A stretch of DNA of 64,000 bases from Bacillota bacterium (GCA_023429785.1 JAEZDD010000003.1:199402-263401); one strand, 5' to 3'. Shown: positions 8,669-18,009, numbered from the stretch's first letter. The notes: generated from the letters alone by a model not told the origin. Numbers and translations: made by a program.

Positions 8669-9945
8669 TACTCCTGAGCCTCCTTATCCAAACCCTGCAT
8701 AACATAAATTGTATCAAGCTTTAAAGCGCCCGCTGATTTTATAATATCTTCTCTTGTGATTTTGTTCAGCTCGACAATCGCCTGTTCAGGTGTATAATAG
8801 GTTTCTCTAATTGTCTGAATGAAATACCAGCTAGAGAGGTCACTCGCCGTATCGTAATTTGATTTATAATCGCCCGAAATGCTTAGTATCGCATTTTTCA
8901 TCTCATCGTCTGTGAAATCTCCCTTGGCGAGCGACTTGACCTGATTGATTATTTCTTCCTTAGCCTTAGGGATGTTATTTTTCTCGACACCACTGTCGAT
9001 AATGAGAACGCCCTTCCCCTCAACATACCCCGCCGCACAATAATAGCATAGACTAAACTTTTCACGGACATTGACAAAAAGCTTTGAAAAAGCTGTTCCG
9101 CCAAGCATTGTTGACATTAATCTGTTAGCGTATAGATTATCATTATGCGATTTAAAAGCCATGACCATTTTGCACTGATTGACGTCAAGACTTTCACTAA
9201 CCTCTGCTATTTCATTTTTAATAGTGCTGTAATTTTGGAAGGAATTTTTCACACTATTTCTGCTTATCGATAAAAATGCTTTAGTCAGCTTCTCTCTTGC
9301 AATATCTAGATTCCCGCCGCCCACATAGGAAATTTCAATCTGAGAGGTGCTTAAAAGCCTCTTGTATGCTTCATAGGTTTTTTGTGGATTAATGCTTTCC
9401 GCTCCGCTTTTTGTCCCGTATGAAGTGATTGACGACGGCTCATTCTTGTATATAGTAGCGTTCGAACGAATAATTGCATAGGTTCTTTTATCGTTAATTT
9501 CGGCTTCGATTCCGTCGATTAGCTCTTGCTTCCTCAGATTAAAATCCTTCGCCGCAAAGCCATTGTCTTCAATAATTGGCTTGAAAATACAATCAAGAAG
9601 TATATCCGTTAACTCTGATGTCAGCTTCTCGCCATTCAGTGCATATTCATCACATATACAGCTGGCTGAAATGCCGACCACCTGATTGTCAGCTAATTTA
9701 TGATTTAAGGTTGACAAACCCGCACCGTATAAACCTGAAAGCTTTTTTGTAAGCTCAGTTCTCGTCCTGAAGGTGCTGTTTGAAGTGATTAATAGATTAG
9801 GAATAATAGCATATTCTGACACAGTCGAAGCATCCAGTTTCGAGATAAGCCTGATATAAATACTATTCGATTTAAACTTGGGGTCAATGATTGTTGTGAG
9901 ATTAATGCCTTCTGAGATTTTTTCCCGATTGATTTCCATTGTCAT
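8668..9945 (-). CDS. M16 family peptidase-like protein, probably a non-catalytic partner
   Basis: 425 aa of the same size and architecture, but the HxxEH position reads IIPNLL. RBS AAGGAG lies 8 nt before the ATG. Confidence 0.8.
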   Translation of the reverse strand: MTMEINREKISEGINLTTIIDPKFKSNSIYIRLISKLDASTVSEYAIIPNLLITSNSTFRTRTELTKKLSGLYGAGLSTLNHKLADNQVVGISASCICDEYALNGEKLTSELTDILLDCIFKPIIEDNGFAAKDFNLRKQELIDGIEAEINDKRTYAIIRSNATIYKNEPSSITSYGTKSGAESINPQKTYEAYKRLLSTSQIEISYVGGGNLDIAREKLTKAFLSISRNSVKNSFQNYSTIKNEIAEVSESLDVNQCKMVMAFKSHNDNLYANRLMSTMLGGTAFSKLFVNVREKFSLCYYCAAGYVEGKGVLIIDSGVEKNNIPKAKEEIINQVKSLAKGDFTDDEMKNAILSISGDYKSNYDTASDLSSWYFIQTIRETYYTPEQAIVELNKITREDIIKSAGALKLDTIYVMQGLDKEAQE

Positions 9946-10053
9946 TAAAACAACTCCTTATATATCATAACACTTTATTATTATAGCATAATAAATTTCA
10001 AAATTCTAGTTCACATACAAATTTTACTTAAAATACAATTAAATATATTGTAA

Positions 10054-10090
10054 CCAAAAAGCAAGCTGACAATTACAAAATCGTCAGCTT
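10054..10090 (-). terminator. Intrinsic terminator ending the aro-DUF4364 transcription unit
   Basis: Minus strand AAGCTGAC-12 nt loop-GTCAGCTT followed by GCTTTTTGG. Confidence 0.7.
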
Positions 10091-10104
10091 ATCAGCAAAT
10101 ATTT

Positions 10105-10683
10105 TTAAGTTATATCCGGTATATACTCTTCATTTTCAAGCGCATAATCAAGAACCTTCCCGTAAAAATCAATCGGGTTTTTAAGAATTTTTTCTTTTAT
10201 CAGCTTTGCCTGCTCCAAGTCGGGCGCAAAAAGCTGCAAATTCATCAGAATTATATCATTATCCTTACAGCTGCACTCAATTGCATAGCCTTTTTTAACC
10301 TCGAAAATTTCGCAAATGACGTCCTGTTCAAGCTTTAGCTTCGCAAAAAGCTTCATCCCGGTTACCAAAATTTTATCTCTGAAGGATTTCGGGACAATAG
10401 TCTTAAAAGAATCTGCCCCTTCCTTCCCCATTTCAGACAAAATATAGTACTCCACGCCTTCAATGCTCTCAATTTTGATTGTTCCCGCTTCAAGCATTGC
10501 GGTTATCGCTTCTGTATAGTTAAAATAGTTCACAATGCCGCCAGAGGTTGCAATTTCAGTGAGCTGGTTCGGTGTAACAGGTCGGTTAATCTGATTCAAA
10601 AAAAAGCATATAAGAATTTTCACAGCATAAGAGTCTTTTAGCGAAAGCATCTGCGGGGTTATGAATTTTTCAAAGCTGTCCAT
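10105..10683 (-). CDS. DUF4364-family protein (putative winged-helix regulator-like)
   Basis: About 192 aa, resembling clostridial DUF4364 proteins as I recall them. The AGGAGG RBS overlaps the aroC stop. The track starts the ORF at TTG 10686. Confidence 0.65.
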   Translation of the reverse strand: MDSFEKFITPQMLSLKDSYAVKILICFFLNQINRPVTPNQLTEIATSGGIVNYFNYTEAITAMLEAGTIKIESIEGVEYYILSEMGKEGADSFKTIVPKSFRDKILVTGMKLFAKLKLEQDVICEIFEVKKGYAIECSCKDNDIILMNLQLFAPDLEQAKLIKEKILKNPIDFYGKVLDYALENEEYIPDIT

Positions 10684-10692
10684 CAAGACCTC

Positions 10693-11784
10693 CTAGAAAT
10701 TTGGGTAATTAAGCATATTTGAAAGCAAGGCAATGTTCACAGCCGCCTCAACGCAAGGGACAGCTCGCGGAACAACACAAGGGTCGTGTCTCCCCTTAAT
10801 ATTAATTATATCATTTTTCATCGAGCTATAATCAATAGTTTCCTGAGGCTGAGCGATTGACGGAGTAGGCTTGAATGCAACCTTCAAGGTTATCGGCATT
10901 CCCGAAGAAATTCCACCCAAAATACCCCCGTGGTAATTCGTTTTTGTGAGAACATGACCGTGCTCATCAACATAAAACTCGTCGTTGTTTTCGCTTCCGA
11001 GCATTTTTGAGCAATTAAAGCCGGCACCAAATTCCAAGCCTTTTACAGCCGGAATTCCAAAAATCAGCGAAGCAATATTATTCTCAAGCCCGTCAAAAAT
11101 AGGCGAACCAATACCAGCCGGAACATTAATTGAACAGCATTCAACAACACCGCCGAGAGAATCAAGAACCTCCCTCGCCTTTTCAATATCGCGAATCATC
11201 TGCTCGCCCTTTTTATCGTTTATTACAGGGAAATCCTTTTTTCTAAGCGAAATTATTTCTTCTCTGGTAACGGAGGTTACATTAAAAGGGGTGTCATTTA
11301 TGTTATGTATTGATGAAATATGCGCCCCGGTATATATCCCACGTCTTTCAAGAATTTGTGCACAAACAGCGCCGGCAAAAACAAGCGGAGCAGTCAGTCG
11401 CCCTGAAAAATGCCCGCCGCCACGAACGTCATTAAAGCCCTTATATCTTATTGCGCCGGTATAATCTGCGTGACCAGGGCGAGCCAGCTTTGAAATATTT
11501 GAATAATCCTGAGAGTGAGTGTCTTCATTAGGAATAAAAGCGCACAAGGGTGTCCCCGTTGTTTTGTTGTTAAGAAGCCCTGACATAATCTGAGGCATAT
11601 CTTTTTCACGGCGCTGGGTCGAAGTCTTATCCTTTTTCGGGGCACGTCTAGCCAAAAATGCCATTACTTCATCTAGGTTGACATATTCACCAGCCGGCAG
11701 CTTATCAATTACAACACCAATCGCGGGGCCGTGAGATTCGCCAAAAATAGATACGCTGAGGTTATTATTCCATATTGATGACAT
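10693..11784 (-). CDS. aroC: Chorismate synthase
   Basis: The track ORF runs to 11844. The likely start is MSSIWNNNLSVSIFGESHGPAIG at 11784 with a GGAGGAG RBS. Motifs include RPGHADYTG, GGGHFSGR and GRHDPCVVPRA. Confidence 0.93.
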   Translation of the reverse strand: MSSIWNNNLSVSIFGESHGPAIGVVIDKLPAGEYVNLDEVMAFLARRAPKKDKTSTQRREKDMPQIMSGLLNNKTTGTPLCAFIPNEDTHSQDYSNISKLARPGHADYTGAIRYKGFNDVRGGGHFSGRLTAPLVFAGAVCAQILERRGIYTGAHISSIHNINDTPFNVTSVTREEIISLRKKDFPVINDKKGEQMIRDIEKAREVLDSLGGVVECCSINVPAGIGSPIFDGLENNIASLIFGIPAVKGLEFGAGFNCSKMLGSENNDEFYVDEHGHVLTKTNYHGGILGGISSGMPITLKVAFKPTPSIAQPQETIDYSSMKNDIINIKGRHDPCVVPRAVPCVEAAVNIALLSNMLNYPNF

Positions 11785-13012
11785 TAAATTCTCCTCCAAG
11801 CTTTTTGTAATCCTCGAAAAAATTCGGGTATGATTTCTCAACACATTTTGCGTTTAAAATTGTCAAGGGCTTTGTGCATCTTGTAGCCGCAATCGCCATT
11901 GACATAGCAATCCTGTGGTCGTTAAAGCTGTCAACAGTTCCGCCATTAAAGGACTTCACACCGGTAATAATTAACTTGTCCGCTTCTGCTATAACATTCC
12001 CGCCAATCTCGTTGATACATTTTGATATTGAAGCAAGCCTGTCGCTTTCCTTAATCCTGAGTCGGGCAACATTGAAAATCTCAGAGGTTCCCTCGCAGAA
12101 GGACGCTAAAACTGTCAGAATCGGAACAATGTCAGGGATATCAGAAGCATCAATCTTAAATGGCTTTAACAAATTTGTATTTTTATTATAACCTATTGAG
12201 GAAATAATTTCAATGATTTTCTTGTCCCCTTGGAAACTTTGCTCAAAAATATTCAAAATTTGTATATTATTACCAATAGCGCTAGCCACATAGAAGAATG
12301 CTGCCTGTGAAAAATCGCCCTCGACGCTTGTGTCACATGGCTTGTACACTTGATTCCCTTTAATAAAATATCCATTTTCATTTTCGACAATTTCAACGCC
12401 GAATTTACTTAAACAGTCAATTGTTATGTCAACATAAGGCTTAGATTGGAGCTTTGAGGTGAGAATTATTTGTGAATTACCATTTAAAAGCGGAAGAGCG
12501 AACAATAATCCCGTGATGAACTGGGAGCTTATCCCGCCGTCGATGATGAACTCACCCGCCGATAATCCCCCGCTCACGGAAAAAGGCATTGTGTTGTTGT
12601 AATTAAAGGTCACGCCGTTTTTTGTTAATTCTAACAGGTATGGTGTGATTGGTCTTTCGGGGAGCTTCCCCTCACCAAAAAACTCGGTATTTATCCCGAG
12701 TGCCGTAACAATAGGAATTATAAACCGAAGTGTTGAGCCTGACTCATTACAGTTTATTTTTGCTGTGCTATTAACAATATCAATACCGTTAATTGTGGCA
12801 ACATCAGCATTTATATTTATTTTTGCGCCTATTGCCTCAAGAGCCGAAATCGTCGCAATAATATCCTTTGAGAGTGAAATATTGCTCACCCTTGAGGTTC
12901 CCTTTGCGAGAGCTGAACAAATTAACAGCCTGTGCGCCTGACTTTTTGACGGCGGAGCGATGACACTGCCCTTTAAAAGCTTTGGTGTGATTTCAACGTT
13001 ATACATTTTCAA
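11765..13012 (-). CDS. aroA: 3-phosphoshikimate 1-carboxyvinyltransferase (EPSP synthase)
   Basis: 415 aa with PPSKSQAHR, LNCNESGSTLRF, KESDRLA and DHRIAMS motifs. Confidence 0.95.
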   Translation of the reverse strand: MKMYNVEITPKLLKGSVIAPPSKSQAHRLLICSALAKGTSRVSNISLSKDIIATISALEAIGAKININADVATINGIDIVNSTAKINCNESGSTLRFIIPIVTALGINTEFFGEGKLPERPITPYLLELTKNGVTFNYNNTMPFSVSGGLSAGEFIIDGGISSQFITGLLFALPLLNGNSQIILTSKLQSKPYVDITIDCLSKFGVEIVENENGYFIKGNQVYKPCDTSVEGDFSQAAFFYVASAIGNNIQILNIFEQSFQGDKKIIEIISSIGYNKNTNLLKPFKIDASDIPDIVPILTVLASFCEGTSEIFNVARLRIKESDRLASISKCINEIGGNVIAEADKLIITGVKSFNGGTVDSFNDHRIAMSMAIAATRCTKPLTILNAKCVEKSYPNFFEDYKKLGGEFNVINME

Positions 13013-14057
13013 CCTCCATAAGCTTATAAAAATCCTTGATTGAAAGCTTTATGATTTCGCTTTTCCCGATATCATCGCAAACAATTATGTTTATGTTTTC
13101 GCTCTCGCGCTTTTTATCGTTTAGACAATAGCCAATCAGCTTTGAAACAGGGATGTCTGTCTTTGTCGGAAGTCCGTATTTTTCAAGGCATTTTATTAGG
13201 ACTTCAGTTGTCCCTTTTTTGGTTAGCTTAGCCTTTTCAGTGTAATCGGACATAATGCACATCCCTATAGCCACAGCCTGACCGTGAGAAATCCCGTCGA
13301 AGTTATAATGCTTTTCAATTGCGTGTCCTATTGTGTGCCCGAAATTCAAGAGCATTCTCTCCCCTTTGTCGAACTCATCAGCCTCGACAACGGATTTTTT
13401 TATATTGATACATTCGACTATAACCTGTTCTAAATTCATGTCAGCTGGATTTTCAGCTAGAGTGTTGAAAAGACTTTCGCTTCTTATCATTCCGTATTTG
13501 ATTATTTCAGCCATTCCGTCAGAAAAAATCTCTTTTGAAAGGGTTTTGATTGTTGATAAATCGCATATTACGCATAAAGGCTGCTTGAACGCGCCGACGA
13601 GGTTCTTCCCGTTTGAAATGTTCACTGCCGTTTTCCCGCCGATTGCTGAGTCGGTTTGCGCTAAAAGTGTGGTTGGAATTTGTACCACATCCATGCCGCG
13701 AAGGTATGTAGCGGCGGCGAAGCCCGTCAGGTCGCCGACTACCCCGCCACCGAGCGCAATAATAAGGTCGGAACGAGTTATCCTCATATCTGTTAAAAAT
13801 TCATAAAGCTTTATCAATACTTCATGCGATTTGCTTTTTTCGCCGTTTTGAAATACAAATGTTTCAGCTGATATATTCGACATTTTTAATGAATTTATAA
13901 CCCTTTCTGAATACAGCGCCCCGACAATATTATCTGTAACAATTACTGCCCTTTTCGACCTTGAAACCTTTGATATGATTTCGCCAGTTTTTTCAAGCAA
14001 GCCCTCTCCAACCATAATTTCGTATTTTGTCATTGCGTTCATTGTGATTGTCTGCAT
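12999..14057 (-). CDS. aroB: 3-dehydroquinate synthase
   Basis: 352 aa with GGGVVGDLTGFAAATYLRG, LLAQTDSAIGGKT and NFGHTIGHAIE motifs. Confidence 0.93.
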   Translation of the reverse strand: MQTITMNAMTKYEIMVGEGLLEKTGEIISKVSRSKRAVIVTDNIVGALYSERVINSLKMSNISAETFVFQNGEKSKSHEVLIKLYEFLTDMRITRSDLIIALGGGVVGDLTGFAAATYLRGMDVVQIPTTLLAQTDSAIGGKTAVNISNGKNLVGAFKQPLCVICDLSTIKTLSKEIFSDGMAEIIKYGMIRSESLFNTLAENPADMNLEQVIVECINIKKSVVEADEFDKGERMLLNFGHTIGHAIEKHYNFDGISHGQAVAIGMCIMSDYTEKAKLTKKGTTEVLIKCLEKYGLPTKTDIPVSKLIGYCLNDKKRESENINIIVCDDIGKSEIIKLSIKDFYKLMEVENV

Positions 14058-14078
14058 AATATTTTTCCCTTTCGAGTT

Positions 14079-15095
14079 TTATTGACAAAGCTTTTTCCCT
14101 GAGAATTCTGCCTGTGCCTTAATCTTTTTCATTACATCGGAAAATTGTGCCGGTGTGAGAGATTGTGCCCCGTCTGAAAGCGCATTTTTAGGGTCGTTGT
14201 GGACTTCAATTATGAGAGCGTCAGCTCCGCACACTATTGAAGCGAGCGAAAGCGGCTCAACGAGTGAGGTCAGCCCTGTCGCATGGCTCGGGTCAACAAC
14301 AATAGGTAGGTGTGAAAGCTGTTTTAAAAGCGGAACCGCTGATATATCAAGTGTGTTTCTTGTTTTTGGCTCAAAGGTTCTTATCCCTCTTTCGCAAAGG
14401 ATTATATTCTGGTTGCCCCCTGCCGAAATATATTCAGCCGACATCAAAAGCTCCTCAAGTGTATTCGCAAGCCCTCTTTTTAAAAGAATTGGCTTATTGC
14501 TGTGACCTAGCTCCTTGAGCATTTCAAAATTCTGCATATTTCTTGCACCAACTTGAATTATATCAACGTCAGAAAATAAGTCGAGGTGAGAAAGGCTCAT
14601 AATTTCAGTAACAATAGGAAGTCCGGTTATCTTTTTCGCTTGCAGCAAAAGCTCTATTCCGTCAGCACGAAGCCCCTGAAAGGCATATGGCGAGGTCCTC
14701 GGCTTGAATGCGCCGCCACGAAGCATCGTCGCACCGGCTTCCTTCACAGCAATAGCCGTCGTAATAATTTGCTCCTCGCTTTCGACTGAACAAGGTCCGG
14801 CGATGACATTAAGTGTTCCGCCGCCGATTTGCTTTCCGTCAACATTAATTATTGTATCATCAGGGTGAAATTTTCGGTTTGTATTTTTAAACGGCTCCTG
14901 AATACGCTGAACATTTTCAACAATTTCCTTAGCTTTTACATTTTCAATATCAATTTTTGAGGTGTCGCCGATTAAACCCAGAATGGTCTTTTGTGTTCCG
15001 TTTACAACGTTCACCTTAACGTCGAAATTATTTAACCAGTTCACCATTTCGTCTAGCTGTGCCGGGGTTGCATTTTGTTTTAAAATTACAATCAT
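14079..15095 (-). CDS. aroF: 3-deoxy-7-phosphoheptulonate (DAHP) synthase, type I-beta, with an N-terminal ferredoxin-like regulatory domain
   Basis: The track ORF runs to 15110. The likely start is MIVILKQ at 15095, with GGAGG 8 nt upstream. The N-terminal domain of about 70 aa is followed by the catalytic barrel (IAGPCSVES, GGAFKPRTSPY, DPSH). Confidence 0.93.
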   Translation of the reverse strand: MIVILKQNATPAQLDEMVNWLNNFDVKVNVVNGTQKTILGLIGDTSKIDIENVKAKEIVENVQRIQEPFKNTNRKFHPDDTIINVDGKQIGGGTLNVIAGPCSVESEEQIITTAIAVKEAGATMLRGGAFKPRTSPYAFQGLRADGIELLLQAKKITGLPIVTEIMSLSHLDLFSDVDIIQVGARNMQNFEMLKELGHSNKPILLKRGLANTLEELLMSAEYISAGGNQNIILCERGIRTFEPKTRNTLDISAVPLLKQLSHLPIVVDPSHATGLTSLVEPLSLASIVCGADALIIEVHNDPKNALSDGAQSLTPAQFSDVMKKIKAQAEFSGKKLCQ

Positions 15096-15160
15096 TTCAT
15101 TAACCTCCATATTTTATTTTGAACTTGTCGTGTAACCGTGCACAATTACAGAAAATGCAA

Positions 15161-15198
15161 ATAAAAAAGTTCGTAGCTTTTTTTAAAAGCTACGAACT
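15161..15198 (-). terminator. Strong intrinsic terminator between the leader ORF and aroF (candidate attenuator terminator; also ends pcrA readthrough)
   Basis: Minus strand AGTTCGTAGCTTTT-AAA-AAAAGCTACGAACT followed by TTTTTATTT. It ends about 50 nt upstream of the aroF RBS. Confidence 0.8.
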
Positions 15199-15221
15199 AT
15201 TACAAGCATATAAAGGATATA

Positions 15222-15335
15222 TTATCCAACTAAACTTGCCGTTGTAGCTTTCCCATATCTAAAAAACTCGAAGCCAAAATAAAAGCTCAAGCTAAAAAAG
15301 TATGTAAAGCTAAATGCAAGTGAAAGTATTAGCAT
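15222..15335 (-). CDS. Candidate Phe/Tyr-rich leader peptide (37 aa) of the aro operon
   Basis: Hand translation: MLILSLAFSFTYFFSLSFYFGFEFFRYGKATTASLVG*. RBS AAAGGGA lies 8 nt upstream. Too short for the ORF track. It sits between a consensus promoter and the terminator. Confidence 0.5.
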   Translation of the reverse strand: MLILSLAFSFTYFFSLSFYFGFEFFRYGKATTASLVG

Positions 15336-15365
15336 AATGTTTTCCCTTTCAAATTCTTTAAAGTA

Positions 15366-15394
15366 AATATACGCTAATTTAATCATTTTGTCAA
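15366..15394 (-). promoter_or_regulatory. Near-consensus sigma-A promoter driving the leader ORF and aro operon
   Basis: Minus strand TTGACA (15394-15389), a 17-nt spacer, then TATATT (15371-15366). Confidence 0.65.
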
Positions 15395-15461
15395 TACTTT
15401 TTCTAAATATTTGTATAAATCAACAAAATATACTTCATGCTAAAATTACTAAGCATTCTTA

Positions 15462-17816
15462 TTATATTTTTTTGATTTTTGCGAAGTTCGCCATTATCTT
15501 TTTTGTTCCCTTTGTGTCAAAGGCGACCTCAAGCATTGTATCATTTGACATTTTTGTTGAAACCAAAACTGTCCCCTCGCCAAAAATATTATGAGAAACT
15601 CTATCCCCGGCTGAAAAATCAATATTATTAGTAGTATGTTTTTCCGCCTTCTTTTTGTTGGCGAGCTGAGCCTGTAAGGAAATATTCGTCGGGGCGGTAA
15701 TTCCGTTATCGGAAAAGCCGTTTGACCTCTGAATTTGCTGTTGCTGGTGATTTAAGTAATCGGTTGGAAGCTCCTTAATGAACCTCGAAGGACGATTTCT
15801 GTTTGTATTTCCAAAAAGCATACGCTCAACCGAATGAGTCAGGTGAAGATTTTGCTTCGCTCTTGTGATAGCAACATATGCAAGGCGTCTTTCTTCCTCA
15901 ATATCCGCTTCACTATCCATGCTCCTCGCGCTCGGGAATATATTTTCTTCCATCCCGACAACAAAAACGTTCGGGAATTCAAGCCCTTTAGCCGCGTGCA
16001 TCGTCATCATGACAACATAATCAGCGTTTTCGTCAAGCTGGTCTATATCAGTATAAAGTGCAACCTCCTCTAAAAAGCCTGAAAGTGACGGCTCCTCCGC
16101 TTCTTCAGAATATTTCACCATAGAGGTTTTAAGCTCGTTGATGTTTTCAAGGCGCATTACGCCCTCGTCACCAAGCTCTTTCATATACTTACCATAGCCT
16201 GTTTTGACCAGCAAAATGTCAAGAAGCTCGTTAAGTGGCTTCTCACTGGCAATTTCAGTCAGATTGTCAATCATTTCAGCAAATTCAGTGAGCGATTTTG
16301 ATTTTTTAACGAGAGGAGCATAGCTTGGAGACTCTCTTAAAACCTCGATGGGAGTAACCCCTAAGTCCGATGTGATTTGTTCAAACACCGTAATAGTAGC
16401 GGACCCGATGCCACGCTTCGGCTCATTGATTATTCTTTTTAGCCTTAGCATATCAGCCGGATTATTGATAACAGAAAGATAAGCAATCATATCCCTTATT
16501 TCTTTTCTGTCATAGAACTTTTGTCCGCCAAAAATCTTATATGGTATCCCGCTGGCAATTAAAGCACGTTCTATTGAATTTGACTGTGCATTCATTCTGT
16601 ATAAAACGGCGTTGTCATTATACCTCCCGCCATTTTTAATATGCTCTAAAATATTGTCAGCAATGTATTTCGCCTCACCCGATTCGTTAGCAGCCTTAAA
16701 GACAGTGACAAGACTCCCGTCGCCGCTTGAAGTCCAGAGGTTTTTCCCTTTTCTCCCCTGATTATTTTTAATCAGCTCATTAGCAACTGTAAGAATATTT
16801 TGTGTCGAACGATAATTCTGCTCAAGGCGGATTACCTTAGCGTTATCAAACTGTTCCTCAAAAGAGAGGATATTCTCGATTGTTGCACCTCTGAATTTAT
16901 AAATACTCTGGTCATCATCCCCGACGACACATAGATTCTCATGCTTTGAGGATAACATGCAGACCAGCTTATACTGAACCTGATTTGTGTCCTGATATTC
17001 GTCAACAAGAACATATTTATACAAATTCTGATAATGGCTCAATACGTCCGGGCATTCTTCAAAAAGTCTGACAGTCAGATTAATAATATCGTCAAAGTCA
17101 ACGGCATTGGCGGCGAAAAGCTTCTGCTGATAAAGCTTATATATTTTTGCAATAACCAGCTTTCTGTAATCGCCCGAGGCTGAAGCCTCATACATTTTCG
17201 GCGTAATCATAAAATCCTTCTGTCGGCTGATTTCACCTTGAATTGATTTCGGCGGGAACATTTTCTCGGCAACCTCAAGCTCCTCAAGACAGGATTTTAT
17301 TACCCTTTGAGTATCATCTGAGTCATATATCGTGAAGCTGGATTTATATCCGATTCTCTCAATCTCTCGTCTGAGTATTCGAGCGCACGTTGAATGAAAG
17401 GTCGCCGCCATTATGCCTTGTGATTTTTCGCCAAGCATTTTTTCAAGTCTGTCCTTTAATTCCCCAGCCGCTTTGTTTGTAAAAGTGATTGCTAATATAT
17501 TCCATGGATTGACACATTCCGTTGAAATAACATCCTTTAATCTTTCGCTGTCGCTTTCCTCCCCGTCTGCATATCCCTTTAAAAACTCTATATCTTCAGC
17601 TGAAAAGTTGTTTCTTGTGCAATTATAAGCATCGCCGAAATAAACCATATTAGCAATTCTGTTAACTAATACTGTTGTCTTTCCGCTTCCGGCCCCGGCT
17701 AAAATTAGAAGTGGGCCTTTTATTGTTAAAACAGCTTCCAATTGATTTTCATTCATTCTTGTGAAATATTTTCTTAAAGCATTTCTTTTTAAAGCTTGAA
17801 TATCAATATTACTCAT
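15462..17816 (-). CDS. pcrA: ATP-dependent DNA helicase PcrA (UvrD family, SF1A)
   Basis: 784 aa with AGAGSGKTTVL (Walker A), VLVDEYQDTN, VGDDDQSIYKFRGA, and a C-terminal Tudor-like tail. Confidence 0.93.
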   Translation of the reverse strand: MSNIDIQALKRNALRKYFTRMNENQLEAVLTIKGPLLILAGAGSGKTTVLVNRIANMVYFGDAYNCTRNNFSAEDIEFLKGYADGEESDSERLKDVISTECVNPWNILAITFTNKAAGELKDRLEKMLGEKSQGIMAATFHSTCARILRREIERIGYKSSFTIYDSDDTQRVIKSCLEELEVAEKMFPPKSIQGEISRQKDFMITPKMYEASASGDYRKLVIAKIYKLYQQKLFAANAVDFDDIINLTVRLFEECPDVLSHYQNLYKYVLVDEYQDTNQVQYKLVCMLSSKHENLCVVGDDDQSIYKFRGATIENILSFEEQFDNAKVIRLEQNYRSTQNILTVANELIKNNQGRKGKNLWTSSGDGSLVTVFKAANESGEAKYIADNILEHIKNGGRYNDNAVLYRMNAQSNSIERALIASGIPYKIFGGQKFYDRKEIRDMIAYLSVINNPADMLRLKRIINEPKRGIGSATITVFEQITSDLGVTPIEVLRESPSYAPLVKKSKSLTEFAEMIDNLTEIASEKPLNELLDILLVKTGYGKYMKELGDEGVMRLENINELKTSMVKYSEEAEEPSLSGFLEEVALYTDIDQLDENADYVVMMTMHAAKGLEFPNVFVVGMEENIFPSARSMDSEADIEEERRLAYVAITRAKQNLHLTHSVERMLFGNTNRNRPSRFIKELPTDYLNHQQQQIQRSNGFSDNGITAPTNISLQAQLANKKKAEKHTTNNIDFSAGDRVSHNIFGEGTVLVSTKMSNDTMLEVAFDTKGTKKIMANFAKIKKI

Positions 17817-18009
17817 TTATCTTGCTCCATTCAAAAAATTCTAAAAACATTATAGCATAAATCTGAATAATTTAAAAGCCGTTTTATTACGATTTTTTAA
17901 TTCCATGATTAGCATTACTTTTTGTTTTGAATCTATTGTTCATTTTAACTATAGAATATATGGAAAATATATTGTATAATAAAAATAATATATCCGAAAG
18001 GAGATTTTC

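Noticed and set aside
7425-13806. Long ORFs antisense to, or in alternative frames of, the M16, aroC, aroA and aroB genes. Examples are 7425..7919, 8179..8640, 10985..11464, 11874..12191, 12645..12941 and 13333..13806.
   Set aside because: They lie fully inside well-supported genes. Their products are Ser/Leu/Pro-rich and low in complexity, and they lack RBSs. These are typical shadow ORFs. The same reasoning applies to similar shadow ORFs across the whole window.
15111-15461. T-box riboswitch or TRAP-binding (GAG/TAG repeat) leader upstream of the aro operon.
   Set aside because: I found no T-box consensus (…GGGTGGTACCGCG…), no specifier-loop architecture, and no run of spaced GAG/TAG triplets. 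The leader-peptide interpretation fits the sequence better.
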